Below, one piece after another: positions 9,483 through 18,948 of a DNA stretch of 64,000 nucleotides; the first letter of the stretch is position 1; each line of letters opens with the position of its first letter. The notes below the pieces were generated by a model. That model did not search any database. It was not told the origin of the DNA and was given only the letters and a program-made list of their open reading frames with translations. The DNA is from Candidatus Omnitrophota bacterium (lineage in GTDB: Bacteria > Omnitrophota > Gorgyraeia > Tantalellales > Tantalellaceae). Where the stretch lies: the NCBI GenBank assembly GCA_015231405.1, contig JADGBR010000006.1, forward strand, positions 40,218 through 104,217. The letters run 5' to 3'. Both the position numbers and the translations under genes were made by a program.

Positions 9483-9519
9483 ATGGACCATGGACCATAG
9501 ACTATAGACCATGGACCTT
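9483..9519. repeat. Second tandem heptamer array of the same family (about 5 units), immediately 3' of era
   Basis: Read directly: atggaccatggaccatagactatagaccatggacc. Confidence 0.8.
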
Positions 9520-9543
9520 ACGAGGGGGATTCCACATTACATG

Positions 9544-10176
9544 TTAGACATTAAACAGTCCATGTTCCCTGAGCGTTTCAGTTAGTTGCCCACAGCCGGT
9601 GAACTGTACCGAGTTAATGCCGAATTGCCGGGACGCATCGATAAGATCCAGTCTATCGTCGGTATAGAGTATCTTTTCCGGAAGGCATCCGGCAAGCTTT
9701 ATGGCCGCAGAATATATCTCTTTTGAAGGTTTCAGCTTACCTATCCTATACGACAGGACATAATGGTCGAAACATTCATCAAGTACGGGATAATTCTTCC
9801 TGATGAACTCAAAATGCTGTTCGTTCGTATCTGAGACCAATATCAGCCGGATATCCGGATACGTTCGCGAGATCTTTCTTATGAGAGCGTCCATCCCGGG
9901 ATTTGGCGTGAATATACCGTTCCATAGATCGTAAAATCCGCTATATGATATCGAGATCTTGAAATGCCCCACGACTTTCGAGTAGAACGTTTCCGAGCTT
10001 ATCCTCCCCTCCATATAATCCCTGCCGGCTTCGGAATTTGTCATAAATTCGTGGAATAATTCAGGGGTGAACACACCTTGACCCGAAAGACCCCTGACGA
10101 TGGACGAGAGATCGAAGTCCACGATGACTTTCCCAAGATCGAAAAATAAGGATTTTAGTTGTTTGCATTCACTCAT
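9544..10176 (-). CDS. HAD-superfamily hydrolase (beta-phosphoglucomutase / phosphatase-like)
   Basis: 210 aa. HAD motif I FFDLGKVIVDFD and motif IV TDDRLDLIDA. Confidence 0.75.
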   Translation of the reverse strand: MSECKQLKSLFFDLGKVIVDFDLSSIVRGLSGQGVFTPELFHEFMTNSEAGRDYMEGRISSETFYSKVVGHFKISISYSGFYDLWNGIFTPNPGMDALIRKISRTYPDIRLILVSDTNEQHFEFIRKNYPVLDECFDHYVLSYRIGKLKPSKEIYSAAIKLAGCLPEKILYTDDRLDLIDASRQFGINSVQFTGCGQLTETLREHGLFNV

Positions 10177-10220
10177 AGTTCACACTCAGACTGTTTATGC
10201 GTCAAGAATATCAGCTTAAT

Positions 10221-10328
10221 CCGTCATTGCGAGGAAAGAGCGACGAAGGAGCGAACGACGAAGCAATCCCTGTAATTTATTATTTTTACAGAGATTGCTT
10301 CGGGCACTTCGCGCCCTCGCAATGACGG
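10221..10328. other. About 108-bp imperfect hairpin between the helicase stop and the HAD hydrolase start
   Basis: Outer stem ccgtcattgcgagg / cctcgcaatgacgg; inner stem cgaagcaatc / gattgcttcg; AT-rich loop. Confidence 0.6.
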
Positions 10329-10369
10329 ACAAAACGGTCCCCCATGCTCCCTGCCCCATGCCCTTTGCC

Positions 10370-12397
10370 CTACAGGTCTATTTCTTCATCTTCGACATCC
10401 GCCCCGCCGTGCCCGTACCCTGTCTCCCAAAGCTCATAATCGTCGGCGGGAAGCTCCTCAAGAAAACGGCTCTTTCTCGAGATGACCATGCCCTTCTGGT
10501 AATCATACCTGGTGCGCGGGTGGATGAGATAGAGGTATTTTCTGGCTCTCGTGGCGGCAACGTAAAAGAGCCTCCGTTCTTCCTCCAGGTCATTATCCTC
10601 GATCAAGGCCTTGGCGTGGGGGAACTGCCCTTCAGAAAGTCCAATGATGAAAACGGCGTCCCATTCCAGGCCCTTAGCCTGGTGTATGGTAGAAAGGACC
10701 AGGTACTCTTCCTCACCCGAAGCGGCTTCCGAAGTTTCGCCTTTAAACCCTTCACGGAGCGTTATGTCGTTCAGAAAATCGTTGACCGTACCGTACTCAT
10801 GCGAAAAATTCGCGAGCTCCCTGAGATCGTCTATCCGGTCCTTAGCGTTATCGAAAGTAGCCATGACATAGGTCTCGTACCCGTTAACTAGTATGCTGTT
10901 TATCATGGCGGCCGTGTCATCGCCCTTCGCGGCCTCAAGGACCGAGCTCATTATTTTCACGAACCTGCCGAACCCGGAACGGGCCTTCTCCGGCACAACT
11001 CGCGAGATATCCGAAGCCATGAAACTTTTTAAAGAGGCACCTGACTTTAGAAAACGCTCAAATATCTTCACCGCGTAAGCCGGGCCTATCCCGGGGCAAA
11101 GGGTAAGCGCCCGCGTCCACGATATCTCGTCAGAGCTGTTAGTAAGTATCCGGAGGTACGATATGACGTCCTTGATATGGGCCTGCTCAAAGAACCTGAC
11201 GCCTCCCCTGATGACATAAGGGATATTCCTTTTTACAAGCTCCATCTCAAGTTCCGCGGACTGGTAATGCGCCCGGAAAAGGACGGATATCCCTTTCATG
11301 TCTACCCCCTGTTCCCGGAGCTCCAGCACCCGCTGGACGACAAACGAAGACTGCGAATAACTGTCGTTCGTCTCGACGAGCGCCGGTTTCTCGAACGGAG
11401 GGCTTACGGCCCGGAGTTCCTTCTCGAATTGGTCGAGGTTGTTGACGAGCGAATCGTTAGCGAGATCGAGTATCTCGGGGGTGGAGCGATAGTTCGTCTC
11501 CAGCCTGAATATTTTCGCGTCTTTATGCCTGTCGGGGAAAGAGAGGATATTCTTGACCGACGCTCCTCTGAACGAGTAAATAGACTGCGCGTCATCGCCC
11601 ACGACAAGAAGGTTCCCGTTCTTTGACGCGAGCATATCGGAGATATCAGATTGCAGAATATTTGTATCCTGGTACTCATCGACCATTATATACCTGAACC
11701 GCGAGCTCAAACGGCCCCTCACATCGGGCACATTTTCCAAAAGCCATTTCCATCTCTCCAAAAGATCATCGTAATCCATGCAGTTAGAAAGTCTTTTTTT
11801 CTTCTCATACATTTCCCTGACGCGTTTTATCTCGGGAAGGAACTGCGAGAAATATGGATATTTCTCGTCAACGACCTTTTCAAGAGTTTTTTCCGTATTG
11901 ACCGAATAGCTTATTATGGACTGGACAACTGACGGTTTAGGGAATTTATCCGCTTTCCCGGACGAACTCCTTTTCCCTACGCAGGTCTTTATAAGATCCC
12001 TCGAGTCGTGTTCGTCAAGTATGGCGAAATCCTTCGTATAACCGGCTTCCTCCGCGTACATCCTGAGTATCCTGTTCCCGACATGATGAAAAGTACCGTT
12101 CCAAAGCCCTTTTGGCTTATTTTTCAGGAGGATCTCTGTCCGGTCGCGCATTTCTCTAGCTGCTTTATTCGTAAAAGTCATGAGAAGGATGCTCTCCGGC
12201 GGAACGCCTTTTTCAATAAGATAGGCGAGGCGGTATATAAGCGTCCTCGTCTTACCGCTCCCGGCCCCGGCAAGGACCAGAGAGTAACCCTCCCCCTCCG
12301 TCACGACCTCGTACTGCTCCGTGTTCAGGGCCGCCTTGTAATCTATAGCGGTCTTAAGAGGAAGGTTCGGGTCATCATGTAGAGTGTATTTTTTCAT
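10370..12397 (-). CDS. UvrD/PcrA/Rep-family ATP-dependent DNA helicase
   Basis: Walker A AGAGSGKTRTL, plus motifs II (MVDEYQDTN), IV and VI. The likely start is MKKYTLHDD at 12397; the upstream 84 codons of the ORF look non-coding. Confidence 0.9.
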   Translation of the reverse strand: MKKYTLHDDPNLPLKTAIDYKAALNTEQYEVVTEGEGYSLVLAGAGSGKTRTLIYRLAYLIEKGVPPESILLMTFTNKAAREMRDRTEILLKNKPKGLWNGTFHHVGNRILRMYAEEAGYTKDFAILDEHDSRDLIKTCVGKRSSSGKADKFPKPSVVQSIISYSVNTEKTLEKVVDEKYPYFSQFLPEIKRVREMYEKKKRLSNCMDYDDLLERWKWLLENVPDVRGRLSSRFRYIMVDEYQDTNILQSDISDMLASKNGNLLVVGDDAQSIYSFRGASVKNILSFPDRHKDAKIFRLETNYRSTPEILDLANDSLVNNLDQFEKELRAVSPPFEKPALVETNDSYSQSSFVVQRVLELREQGVDMKGISVLFRAHYQSAELEMELVKRNIPYVIRGGVRFFEQAHIKDVISYLRILTNSSDEISWTRALTLCPGIGPAYAVKIFERFLKSGASLKSFMASDISRVVPEKARSGFGRFVKIMSSVLEAAKGDDTAAMINSILVNGYETYVMATFDNAKDRIDDLRELANFSHEYGTVNDFLNDITLREGFKGETSEAASGEEEYLVLSTIHQAKGLEWDAVFIIGLSEGQFPHAKALIEDNDLEEERRLFYVAATRARKYLYLIHPRTRYDYQKGMVISRKSRFLEELPADDYELWETGYGHGGADVEDEEIDL

Positions 12398-12502
12398 TCG
12401 GGAGGTATTATATAGGGTCAAACGACATGGGTCAAGCGTCATGGGAGATTCCCTCTTTTGGGGGGATTGAGGAGTTGATAAAAGTTGAGGAAAAGCTTTG
12501 TG

Positions 12503-12657
12503 GGCGTGAAGGAGATGGGGTTCTTCGTACGGCACTTTGCTTGTCCAAACATTCAAAGTAGCCTTGTGCGTGGACCTTGTAAACATTACAATGAAGGCCT
12601 CGAGCTGAACTAGAAGTTTGCAAAGTGCCGGTAGAAGGTTCACATTTCCTTCACGCC
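12503..12657. other. Nested inverted repeats in the ~280-bp leader upstream of the helicase (candidate structured RNA or regulatory element)
   Basis: Outer pair ggcgtgaaggagatg / catttccttcacgcc (14/15). Inner pair ggcactttg / caaagtgcc. Confidence 0.4.
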
Positions 12658-12682
12658 ATCGGCAAAATCGCACAATATTATT

Positions 12683-13186
12683 TCACTTCCGGAATAACGC
12701 TACGATCCTCGGGCGGGTGAAAAAGACCACGACCGCAAGTTCAAAGACAGTGGCCAGGGACGTGAAGACAAGGCCCATCCTGAAGACATCCTGGGCGTAA
12801 GCGGATGGGATCCCCGAAGCTTTTGAAAAGATGAATTCCCTGAAGTTCGCTATAACGGTACTCCCCACGCCGAAACCAAGAACCACGCTCACAACCGTCA
12901 ATACAAGGAAGAATTTCCTCGCCCAGTCTTCCTTCTTCAGAATTTTCGCTCCTGAGTACAACCCGCATACACCGTACAGTACTGAGAAGAAATATAAAAA
13001 TAACGTCACAACCTTAGGAAGACCTTTGAACATAATAGAAAAATGTTCGAAGTCACCTATTCCGAGGAGGTGGTAAACGCCATAGAAGATGATGAGATAT
13101 GAAAAGACCTTGATCAACATAATAAGATTCATTTTGAGTATGAAATTTATAATCGCGGATAGTTTGATACATGACGCGGTAGACAT
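12683..13186 (-). CDS. Hypothetical integral membrane protein (about 4 TM helices)
   Basis: 167 aa; hydrophobic segments throughout. Confidence 0.45.
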   Translation of the reverse strand: MSTASCIKLSAIINFILKMNLIMLIKVFSYLIIFYGVYHLLGIGDFEHFSIMFKGLPKVVTLFLYFFSVLYGVCGLYSGAKILKKEDWARKFFLVLTVVSVVLGFGVGSTVIANFREFIFSKASGIPSAYAQDVFRMGLVFTSLATVFELAVVVFFTRPRIVALFRK

Positions 13187-13263
13187 CTGCTCCGGTTACG
13201 AGATATCCATTTTATTACGTCCTACGTCCCCCATCCTACGTCCTACGGCAATATGTAAGCCCG

Positions 13264-15711
13264 CTACCTGACCCCCCATATCTCATGCGCGTACTCAAGT
13301 ATGGTCCTGTCGCTTGAGAACTTACCCGCGCGGGCCGTGTTCATAATCGACTTTTTAGCCCAGCCGTCCTCGTCCCTGTATGCTATGGATACCTCTTTTT
13401 GCGCGCGAAGGTAATCTTTAAAATCGGCGAATACAAGGTATTCGTCGTGGTGGATCAACGAGCCCGCTATCGGCTCGAATATCCCCTCTTCAAGCTGAGA
13501 AAAGAAATCATCGCGTATGAGCTCAATGATCTCGGAAAGAACGGGATCCTTTTTAAGGTATTTCTTCGGATCATACCCGTCCGCTTTTAGCTTCATCACT
13601 TCATGTTCCTTAAGCCCGAAAATAAAAACATTTTCCGGTCCGACTTCTTCGGCGATCTCGATATTAGCTCCGTCGAGCGTCCCGATAGTCACAGCGCCGT
13701 TCAGCATGAATTTCATATTCCCTGTACCGGAAGCTTCTCTCCCCGCGGTCGATATCTGCTCGGATAGATCGCTCGCCGGAAATATCTTTTCTGCCAGCGA
13801 AACCCTGTAGTCCTCAAGGAAAACGACCTTCAGTTTATCTTTCACATCCGGGTCGTTGTTGACTATTTTGCCGATATTGTTTATGAACTTAATTATGAGC
13901 TTAGCCATGTAGTATCCGGGAGCCGCCTTGCCCGCGAAAATTGCCGTCCGAGGGGTTTTAAATGTCCGCGGAGAATTCTTGATCTCCAGATACTGCGAAA
14001 TTACAAAGAGCGCGAAAAGCACCTGCCGTTTATACTCATGCATCCTTTTAACTTGTACGTCGAACATCGAATCCGGATTGACAACTATACCCGTCGTGTT
14101 CTTGATGTATGACGCGAGCTTCAACTTGTTCCTGTACTTAACTTTTTTCCACTCTTCACGGAAAGCTTTATTGCCGGTATATTGCTCGATCTCTTTCAAT
14201 TTCGAGAGATCAAGCACCCATTCGGGTCCTATCTTCTCGGTTATGATATCAGAAAGGCCTTTGTTGGATTTCTTGAGCCACCTTCTCTGCGTAATGCCGT
14301 TGGTCTTCGAGTTGAACTTACCGGGATAGAACTCCGCGAAATCCTTAAAAAGGGCTGACTTCAGAAGATCACTGTGCAGCTTTGATACTCCGTTCACAGA
14401 ATGGCTGCCGACTATGCACAAGTGACTCATCCTCACCCTCTTATCCGGCGACTCCTGTATGATCGACATTGCGGCAATTTTCCCGTGATCCTTCGGGTAT
14501 CGTATAGCGACCTGCCTGAGGAACCGCATATTGATCTCGTATATGATCTCAAGATGCCGGGGAAGCAGCTTTCCCATAAGATCTACCGACCAGGACTCGA
14601 GCGCCTCGGGCATTATCGTATGGTTCGTATAAGCGAAAGTGTTTACGGTTATATCCCACGCGGAATCCCAGTCCATTTCCTGGTCGTCGAGGAGTATCCT
14701 CATTAACTCGACTATGGCTATCGCGGGATGAGTATCGTTCAGCTGGATGGCTACCTTTTTGGGGAAATCCCTGAAATCCTTGTTGTGCACGGTAAAACGC
14801 CGGATAATGTCCTGCATCGAGGCGGACGTGAAAAAATACTCCTGTTTAAGCCTTAGCTCCTTGCCCTGGTATTGATTGTCGCTCGGATAAAGCACCCTGG
14901 ATATATTCTCGGAATTTACTTTCTGCTCACAGGCCTTGATATAATCCCCGTCGTTGAAATACTCAAGATCGAATTCCGCCGTGCTCCTCGCCGACCAGAG
15001 CCTCAGGTTGTTGACAACATCGTTCCTGTAACCCGGCACCGGAATATCGTACCCGACAGCCAGGACATTTGAAGTGTCTATCCAGTCTATCCTCAGATTC
15101 CCATTCCTGTCCATCCTCTTCTGGGTCTTGCCGTAGAACCGCACCTTAATGGTGTACTCGGGCCTGCCGAATTCCCATGGATTACCCAGCATAAGCCATT
15201 CATCCGGGAATTCTACCTGTCTCCCGCTTAATATCTTCTGCCTGAAAATACCGTAATCATACCGTATGCCGTACCCGGTCGCCGGGATCCCCAAAGTAGC
15301 CATCGAGTCGAGGAAACACGCCGCGAGCCTCCCGAGGCCTCCGTTACCGAGGCCGGCGTCAGGCTCCTGCTCGAACAGCTCTTCAATGTCCATCCCTATC
15401 TCGTTCATGGCTTTTTTTGCTTCTTCCTCCATACCGAGGTTCAGGATATTGTCCGCGAGGAGCCGCCCGATAAGGAATTCAAGCGAAAAATAATACACCC
15501 TTTTGCAGTTCTCGTCATGATACCTCTGCTGCGTCAATATCCACCTCGCGATAAGCCTGTCCCTTATCGACAGGGCCAGCGAGCGGAAGTTATCGTTCAG
15601 GGTAGCGGAATGATGGTCTTTGGCGAGCGCGTAATTGCGGTTGTGCATGAAATCTTTTTTGAGTTCTTCCACGTTATTCGCCGCGGGGGGAACATTCCGG
15701 TTAGTAGGCAT
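13264..15711 (-). CDS. glgP: Glycogen (alpha-glucan) phosphorylase
   Basis: PLP-site EASGTGNMKFMLNGA. Start taken at the ATG at 15711, which follows an AAGGAG Shine-Dalgarno. Confidence 0.95.
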   Translation of the reverse strand: MPTNRNVPPAANNVEELKKDFMHNRNYALAKDHHSATLNDNFRSLALSIRDRLIARWILTQQRYHDENCKRVYYFSLEFLIGRLLADNILNLGMEEEAKKAMNEIGMDIEELFEQEPDAGLGNGGLGRLAACFLDSMATLGIPATGYGIRYDYGIFRQKILSGRQVEFPDEWLMLGNPWEFGRPEYTIKVRFYGKTQKRMDRNGNLRIDWIDTSNVLAVGYDIPVPGYRNDVVNNLRLWSARSTAEFDLEYFNDGDYIKACEQKVNSENISRVLYPSDNQYQGKELRLKQEYFFTSASMQDIIRRFTVHNKDFRDFPKKVAIQLNDTHPAIAIVELMRILLDDQEMDWDSAWDITVNTFAYTNHTIMPEALESWSVDLMGKLLPRHLEIIYEINMRFLRQVAIRYPKDHGKIAAMSIIQESPDKRVRMSHLCIVGSHSVNGVSKLHSDLLKSALFKDFAEFYPGKFNSKTNGITQRRWLKKSNKGLSDIITEKIGPEWVLDLSKLKEIEQYTGNKAFREEWKKVKYRNKLKLASYIKNTTGIVVNPDSMFDVQVKRMHEYKRQVLFALFVISQYLEIKNSPRTFKTPRTAIFAGKAAPGYYMAKLIIKFINNIGKIVNNDPDVKDKLKVVFLEDYRVSLAEKIFPASDLSEQISTAGREASGTGNMKFMLNGAVTIGTLDGANIEIAEEVGPENVFIFGLKEHEVMKLKADGYDPKKYLKKDPVLSEIIELIRDDFFSQLEEGIFEPIAGSLIHHDEYLVFADFKDYLRAQKEVSIAYRDEDGWAKKSIMNTARAGKFSSDRTILEYAHEIWGVR

Positions 15712-15831
15712 ATGACCCTTCTCCTTTCGCCCCCCTTGTCGCCGAACGATCCGGGGGTGACTTCTCTCTATGGAATAACAAATTTTTCGCGTCACGGGGC
15801 TATTCCGCCCCGGACGGAGGAACTTCCGACC

Positions 15832-15999
15832 CTAGATCTTCTTGAGAGCGTTCCTCGTTTCCAAAAGGTTCAGTTTTTTCACTTTGGCTTCATCCAAACC
15901 TGCGGCCAAAAGACGGGCCTTTTGGGCTTTGATCCTTGTGTTCTTTTTAGCGCCGACCTTTTTGGGCCTTTGCCTGAATTTTCTGCGGGGACCTACCAT
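15832..15999 (-). CDS. Small, highly basic protein (55 aa), hypothetical
   Basis: Hand-translated: MVGPRRKFRQRPKKVGAKKNTRIKAQKARLLAAGLDEAKVKKLNLLETRNALKKI. A strong SD (GAGAGGAG) sits 5 nt upstream. It is below the ORF-track length cutoff. Confidence 0.4.
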   Translation of the reverse strand: MVGPRRKFRQRPKKVGAKKNTRIKAQKARLLAAGLDEAKVKKLNLLETRNALKKI

Positions 16000-16126
16000 C
16001 GTAACTCCTCTCTTTTTGTTTGAATAATATTTCTGATAGCGCCAGTATTATACATTAAACGTGTCTTTACGTCACCTTTTTTCGGGCGCGATAAATCGCG
16101 CCCCAACACTTCTATTTTCTCTCCGG

Positions 16127-16804
16127 TCAATCCTTATCCAAGAAACTGAAATCACTGACGTAACGCGAATCCGGATTATTCCTCACATAGTCGATAAAGA
16201 ACCTGGCTTTGTCGCTTAATCGCCTGTCCGTGTTCAGGTCTATCACCTTTTGCAGTTCGGTATAAGCCATCGGGAGGTTGTGGAAGAAATTGTAATAGCA
16301 GACCGCCAGGTTATAATGAGCTTTCTGGTTATTAGGGCTGATCCTAACGATCTTTTTATACCCCGCGAGTACATCATCGTATCTTTTAATGGTAACATGG
16401 AGGTAATTGATATACATGAGGCTCTTGGTATAGAATTCCTCGAGGGCCGGATCGTTCTTGTAAACGCGGTCCATTTTTTTTTGAAAAATGCCGAACTCTT
16501 CGATCCCCTTGTCGTTGTCCTTATCGAAAAAATGTATCTTGCCCATAAAGAAATAAGGCGGCGGGTAATCGGGATCGGCTTTCACGGCCATTCGAAGGAA
16601 GCCCAGAGCCCTTTTCCTGTCGTTGCGCAGGAGGTATATCTCACCGAGCCTGGACAATGCCGCGGGATCGGGTTTCCCTGCATTACTCGCCAGCTTCAGT
16701 TCTTTTTCCTCAGCGGAATACTCGTCCGGAGCGAAAGTCATCCGGCATGAGGTGACAATAATGGCGAGGATGATCACTAGCGCTAACCCAATGGCATTTT
16801 TCAT
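16127..16804 (-). CDS. TPR-repeat lipoprotein
   Basis: Signal peptide with lipobox (…IVTSC) and TPR-like repeats (…AHYNLAVCYYNF…). Confidence 0.6.
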   Translation of the reverse strand: MKNAIGLALVIILAIIVTSCRMTFAPDEYSAEEKELKLASNAGKPDPAALSRLGEIYLLRNDRKRALGFLRMAVKADPDYPPPYFFMGKIHFFDKDNDKGIEEFGIFQKKMDRVYKNDPALEEFYTKSLMYINYLHVTIKRYDDVLAGYKKIVRISPNNQKAHYNLAVCYYNFFHNLPMAYTELQKVIDLNTDRRLSDKARFFIDYVRNNPDSRYVSDFSFLDKD

Positions 16805-17127
16805 AACAACATTTTAATATCAACCGCCTTCTTCCGGAAGCGATATTTGCATTAATTGCGGATTGAACGTCATCCCCAAAGGCCCGAAACATAAAAACAG
16901 TAGCCTCCGACCCCCGCCTGTCCGCCGTAGCCTTGGCGAAGACGTATGTCGGGGATAAAATTTCATTTCACCGGCAAATTATTGCGCGGACACGGAGGGC
17001 CCCGCCTACTATTCGTATTTCCGTTACCCATCTTCTACAATTACCCTTTCCCTGCCATTTGCCCCCTAAATTGTTGCCAAACTCCCGCAGATAATGCATA
17101 ATTACACTTACCAGCAAGGAGAACAAA

Positions 17128-18948
17128 TTGGGCAAGAAAAAGCAAAAGAAAGACCTTATCGAGATCGAGCAAGAAGGCACCAACCACTTTCACGAGCGGT
17201 TCAAGTCCTTCCTACCTTATCTCGGGGTCTTCCTGATAGGGTTCATGGCTTACTCCAACACCCTAAAAGCGGATTTCATATGGGATGACGAGTACCTCAT
17301 AATCAATAACTCGCAAATAAAAAATTTCTCACATCTGGGAGAGATCTTCAAGACCTACGTCGGGTACGGCAGCGAAAATATCAATAATTTCTACAGGCCT
17401 ATGCAGGAACTATCCGACATGATCGATTACGGGATCTGGGGGCTCAAACCTTTCGGTTTCCACCTGACCAATGTCACGCTCCACTCCCTGGTCGGGGTAT
17501 TCCTCCTCCTTTTAATGTTCCAGCTGACAGGGAACAAACTGGCGTCTTTCATATGCGCCGCATTTTACGTCGTCCATCCGGTGCACACCGAGGCCGTGGC
17601 GTACATTGCCGGACGCGCAGATCCTCTGTACGCCATGTTCTTCATGTTATCTTACGTCTTCTTCATTAAATCTCTTAGATCGGCCCCGTCCGGTCCGGAC
17701 CCGACCAGGGGACTGCCGAACCTACTCTTGTATTCTCTTTCGGTCTTTTTCTTTATCGTCTCCATACTCTCGAAAGAGATGGTAATGATAATGCCGCTTC
17801 TAATATGGCTTTACCTGTACTCTTATTTAAAGAACAGCGAGAACGCAAGTTCTTATACGCGGTTCAAATGGACCTGGGTTCCCTACGCTGTGGTCGTCGT
17901 CATATATGCCGCGCTAAGAAGCACCGTCCTTGATTTTTCGGATATCGCGCCCGCTTCGCTTTTCAACAAGATACCCTTTGTTTTCAGACTGCTCACGTTC
18001 TTTAGGACCGTCGCGGAATATTTTAAGCTTGTAGTCCTGCCTCTGGACCTTCACATGGAAAGAAGCATAGCGATAACCAAAAGCATCTTCGACCTGGAGG
18101 CTATCTTTTCCATTCTGATGATCGCTTCCATAGTCTGGGTAACATATAAAAGCTACAAGACCGGAAGGAAGATCGTATTTTTCGGAATAAACTGGTTCTT
18201 TATCAACCTTCTGCCGGTCTCTAACATCGTTCCTATAAACAGCTTCCTCGCCGAGCACTGGATCTACACCGCGATAATGGGCCCGTTCATACTTCTGGGC
18301 CTCGGCCTCGCGTGGCTCTGGAGAAATATCCCCCCAAAAGGAAGGTCTTTACGTATAGGATTCACCATGTTCGTCTCAGGGCTCTTACTGGCTTATGGCA
18401 ACGGAACCTATGAAAGGAACAAGGACTGGAAAGACGAGGTCGCGTTCTTTTCGAACACCCTCAAATACCAGCCCAACAACACACGTTTATACCTGAACCT
18501 TGGGAATACTTACTACGAAAAAGGCGATACTGAGAAGGCCATAGCTGAATACGAGAAATGCATAAAACTCGATAAGACTTACGCCATAGCGTACGGCAAT
18601 ATAGGCAGCGTTTATCTCCAAAAAGAAGACCTGGACAAAGCGCTTGAATATCTCCTTATCGCAGTCAAGTATAAAGACAATTACCCTATAGCCCATTTTA
18701 ACCTAGGGCTCATCTATAATAAAAAAGACGATTTCGCTAAAGCCAAGCAGGAATTCATTATCGCCACCGAACAGCTGCCCCAGTTCTACCAGGCATGGAA
18801 CATGCTCGGCCAGGTTTACTGGAGAGACGGAAATCTCGCCAAAGCAAAGGAAACCCTTGAAAGATCGCTCGCGATACTCCCTGGCCAGGAAAAGATCGTA
18901 GAGGCTTTAAAACGTATAGCTCAGGAAGCTCCGCCTTCCCGATCCTGA
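17128..18948 (+). CDS. Polytopic membrane protein with C-terminal TPR repeats (PMT/TMTC-like glycosyltransferase or O-antigen-ligase-like architecture)
   Basis: TTG start preceded by AAGGAG. About 10 TM helices, then 4-5 TPR repeats (LNLGNTYYEKGDTEKAIAEYEKCIKLD…). Confidence 0.6.
   Translation: MGKKKQKKDLIEIEQEGTNHFHERFKSFLPYLGVFLIGFMAYSNTLKADFIWDDEYLIINNSQIKNFSHLGEIFKTYVGYGSENINNFYRPMQELSDMIDYGIWGLKPFGFHLTNVTLHSLVGVFLLLLMFQLTGNKLASFICAAFYVVHPVHTEAVAYIAGRADPLYAMFFMLSYVFFIKSLRSAPSGPDPTRGLPNLLLYSLSVFFFIVSILSKEMVMIMPLLIWLYLYSYLKNSENASSYTRFKWTWVPYAVVVVIYAALRSTVLDFSDIAPASLFNKIPFVFRLLTFFRTVAEYFKLVVLPLDLHMERSIAITKSIFDLEAIFSILMIASIVWVTYKSYKTGRKIVFFGINWFFINLLPVSNIVPINSFLAEHWIYTAIMGPFILLGLGLAWLWRNIPPKGRSLRIGFTMFVSGLLLAYGNGTYERNKDWKDEVAFFSNTLKYQPNNTRLYLNLGNTYYEKGDTEKAIAEYEKCIKLDKTYAIAYGNIGSVYLQKEDLDKALEYLLIAVKYKDNYPIAHFNLGLIYNKKDDFAKAKQEFIIATEQLPQFYQAWNMLGQVYWRDGNLAKAKETLERSLAILPGQEKIVEALKRIAQEAPPSRS

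Noticed and set aside
12397-12673. N-terminal 84-codon extension of the helicase ORF
   Set aside because: The extension (MRFCRWREGNVNLLPALCKL…) is unlike UvrD N-termini and coincides with a region of nested inverted repeats. The conserved helicase N-terminus begins at MKKYTLHDD, so the shorter start is preferred.
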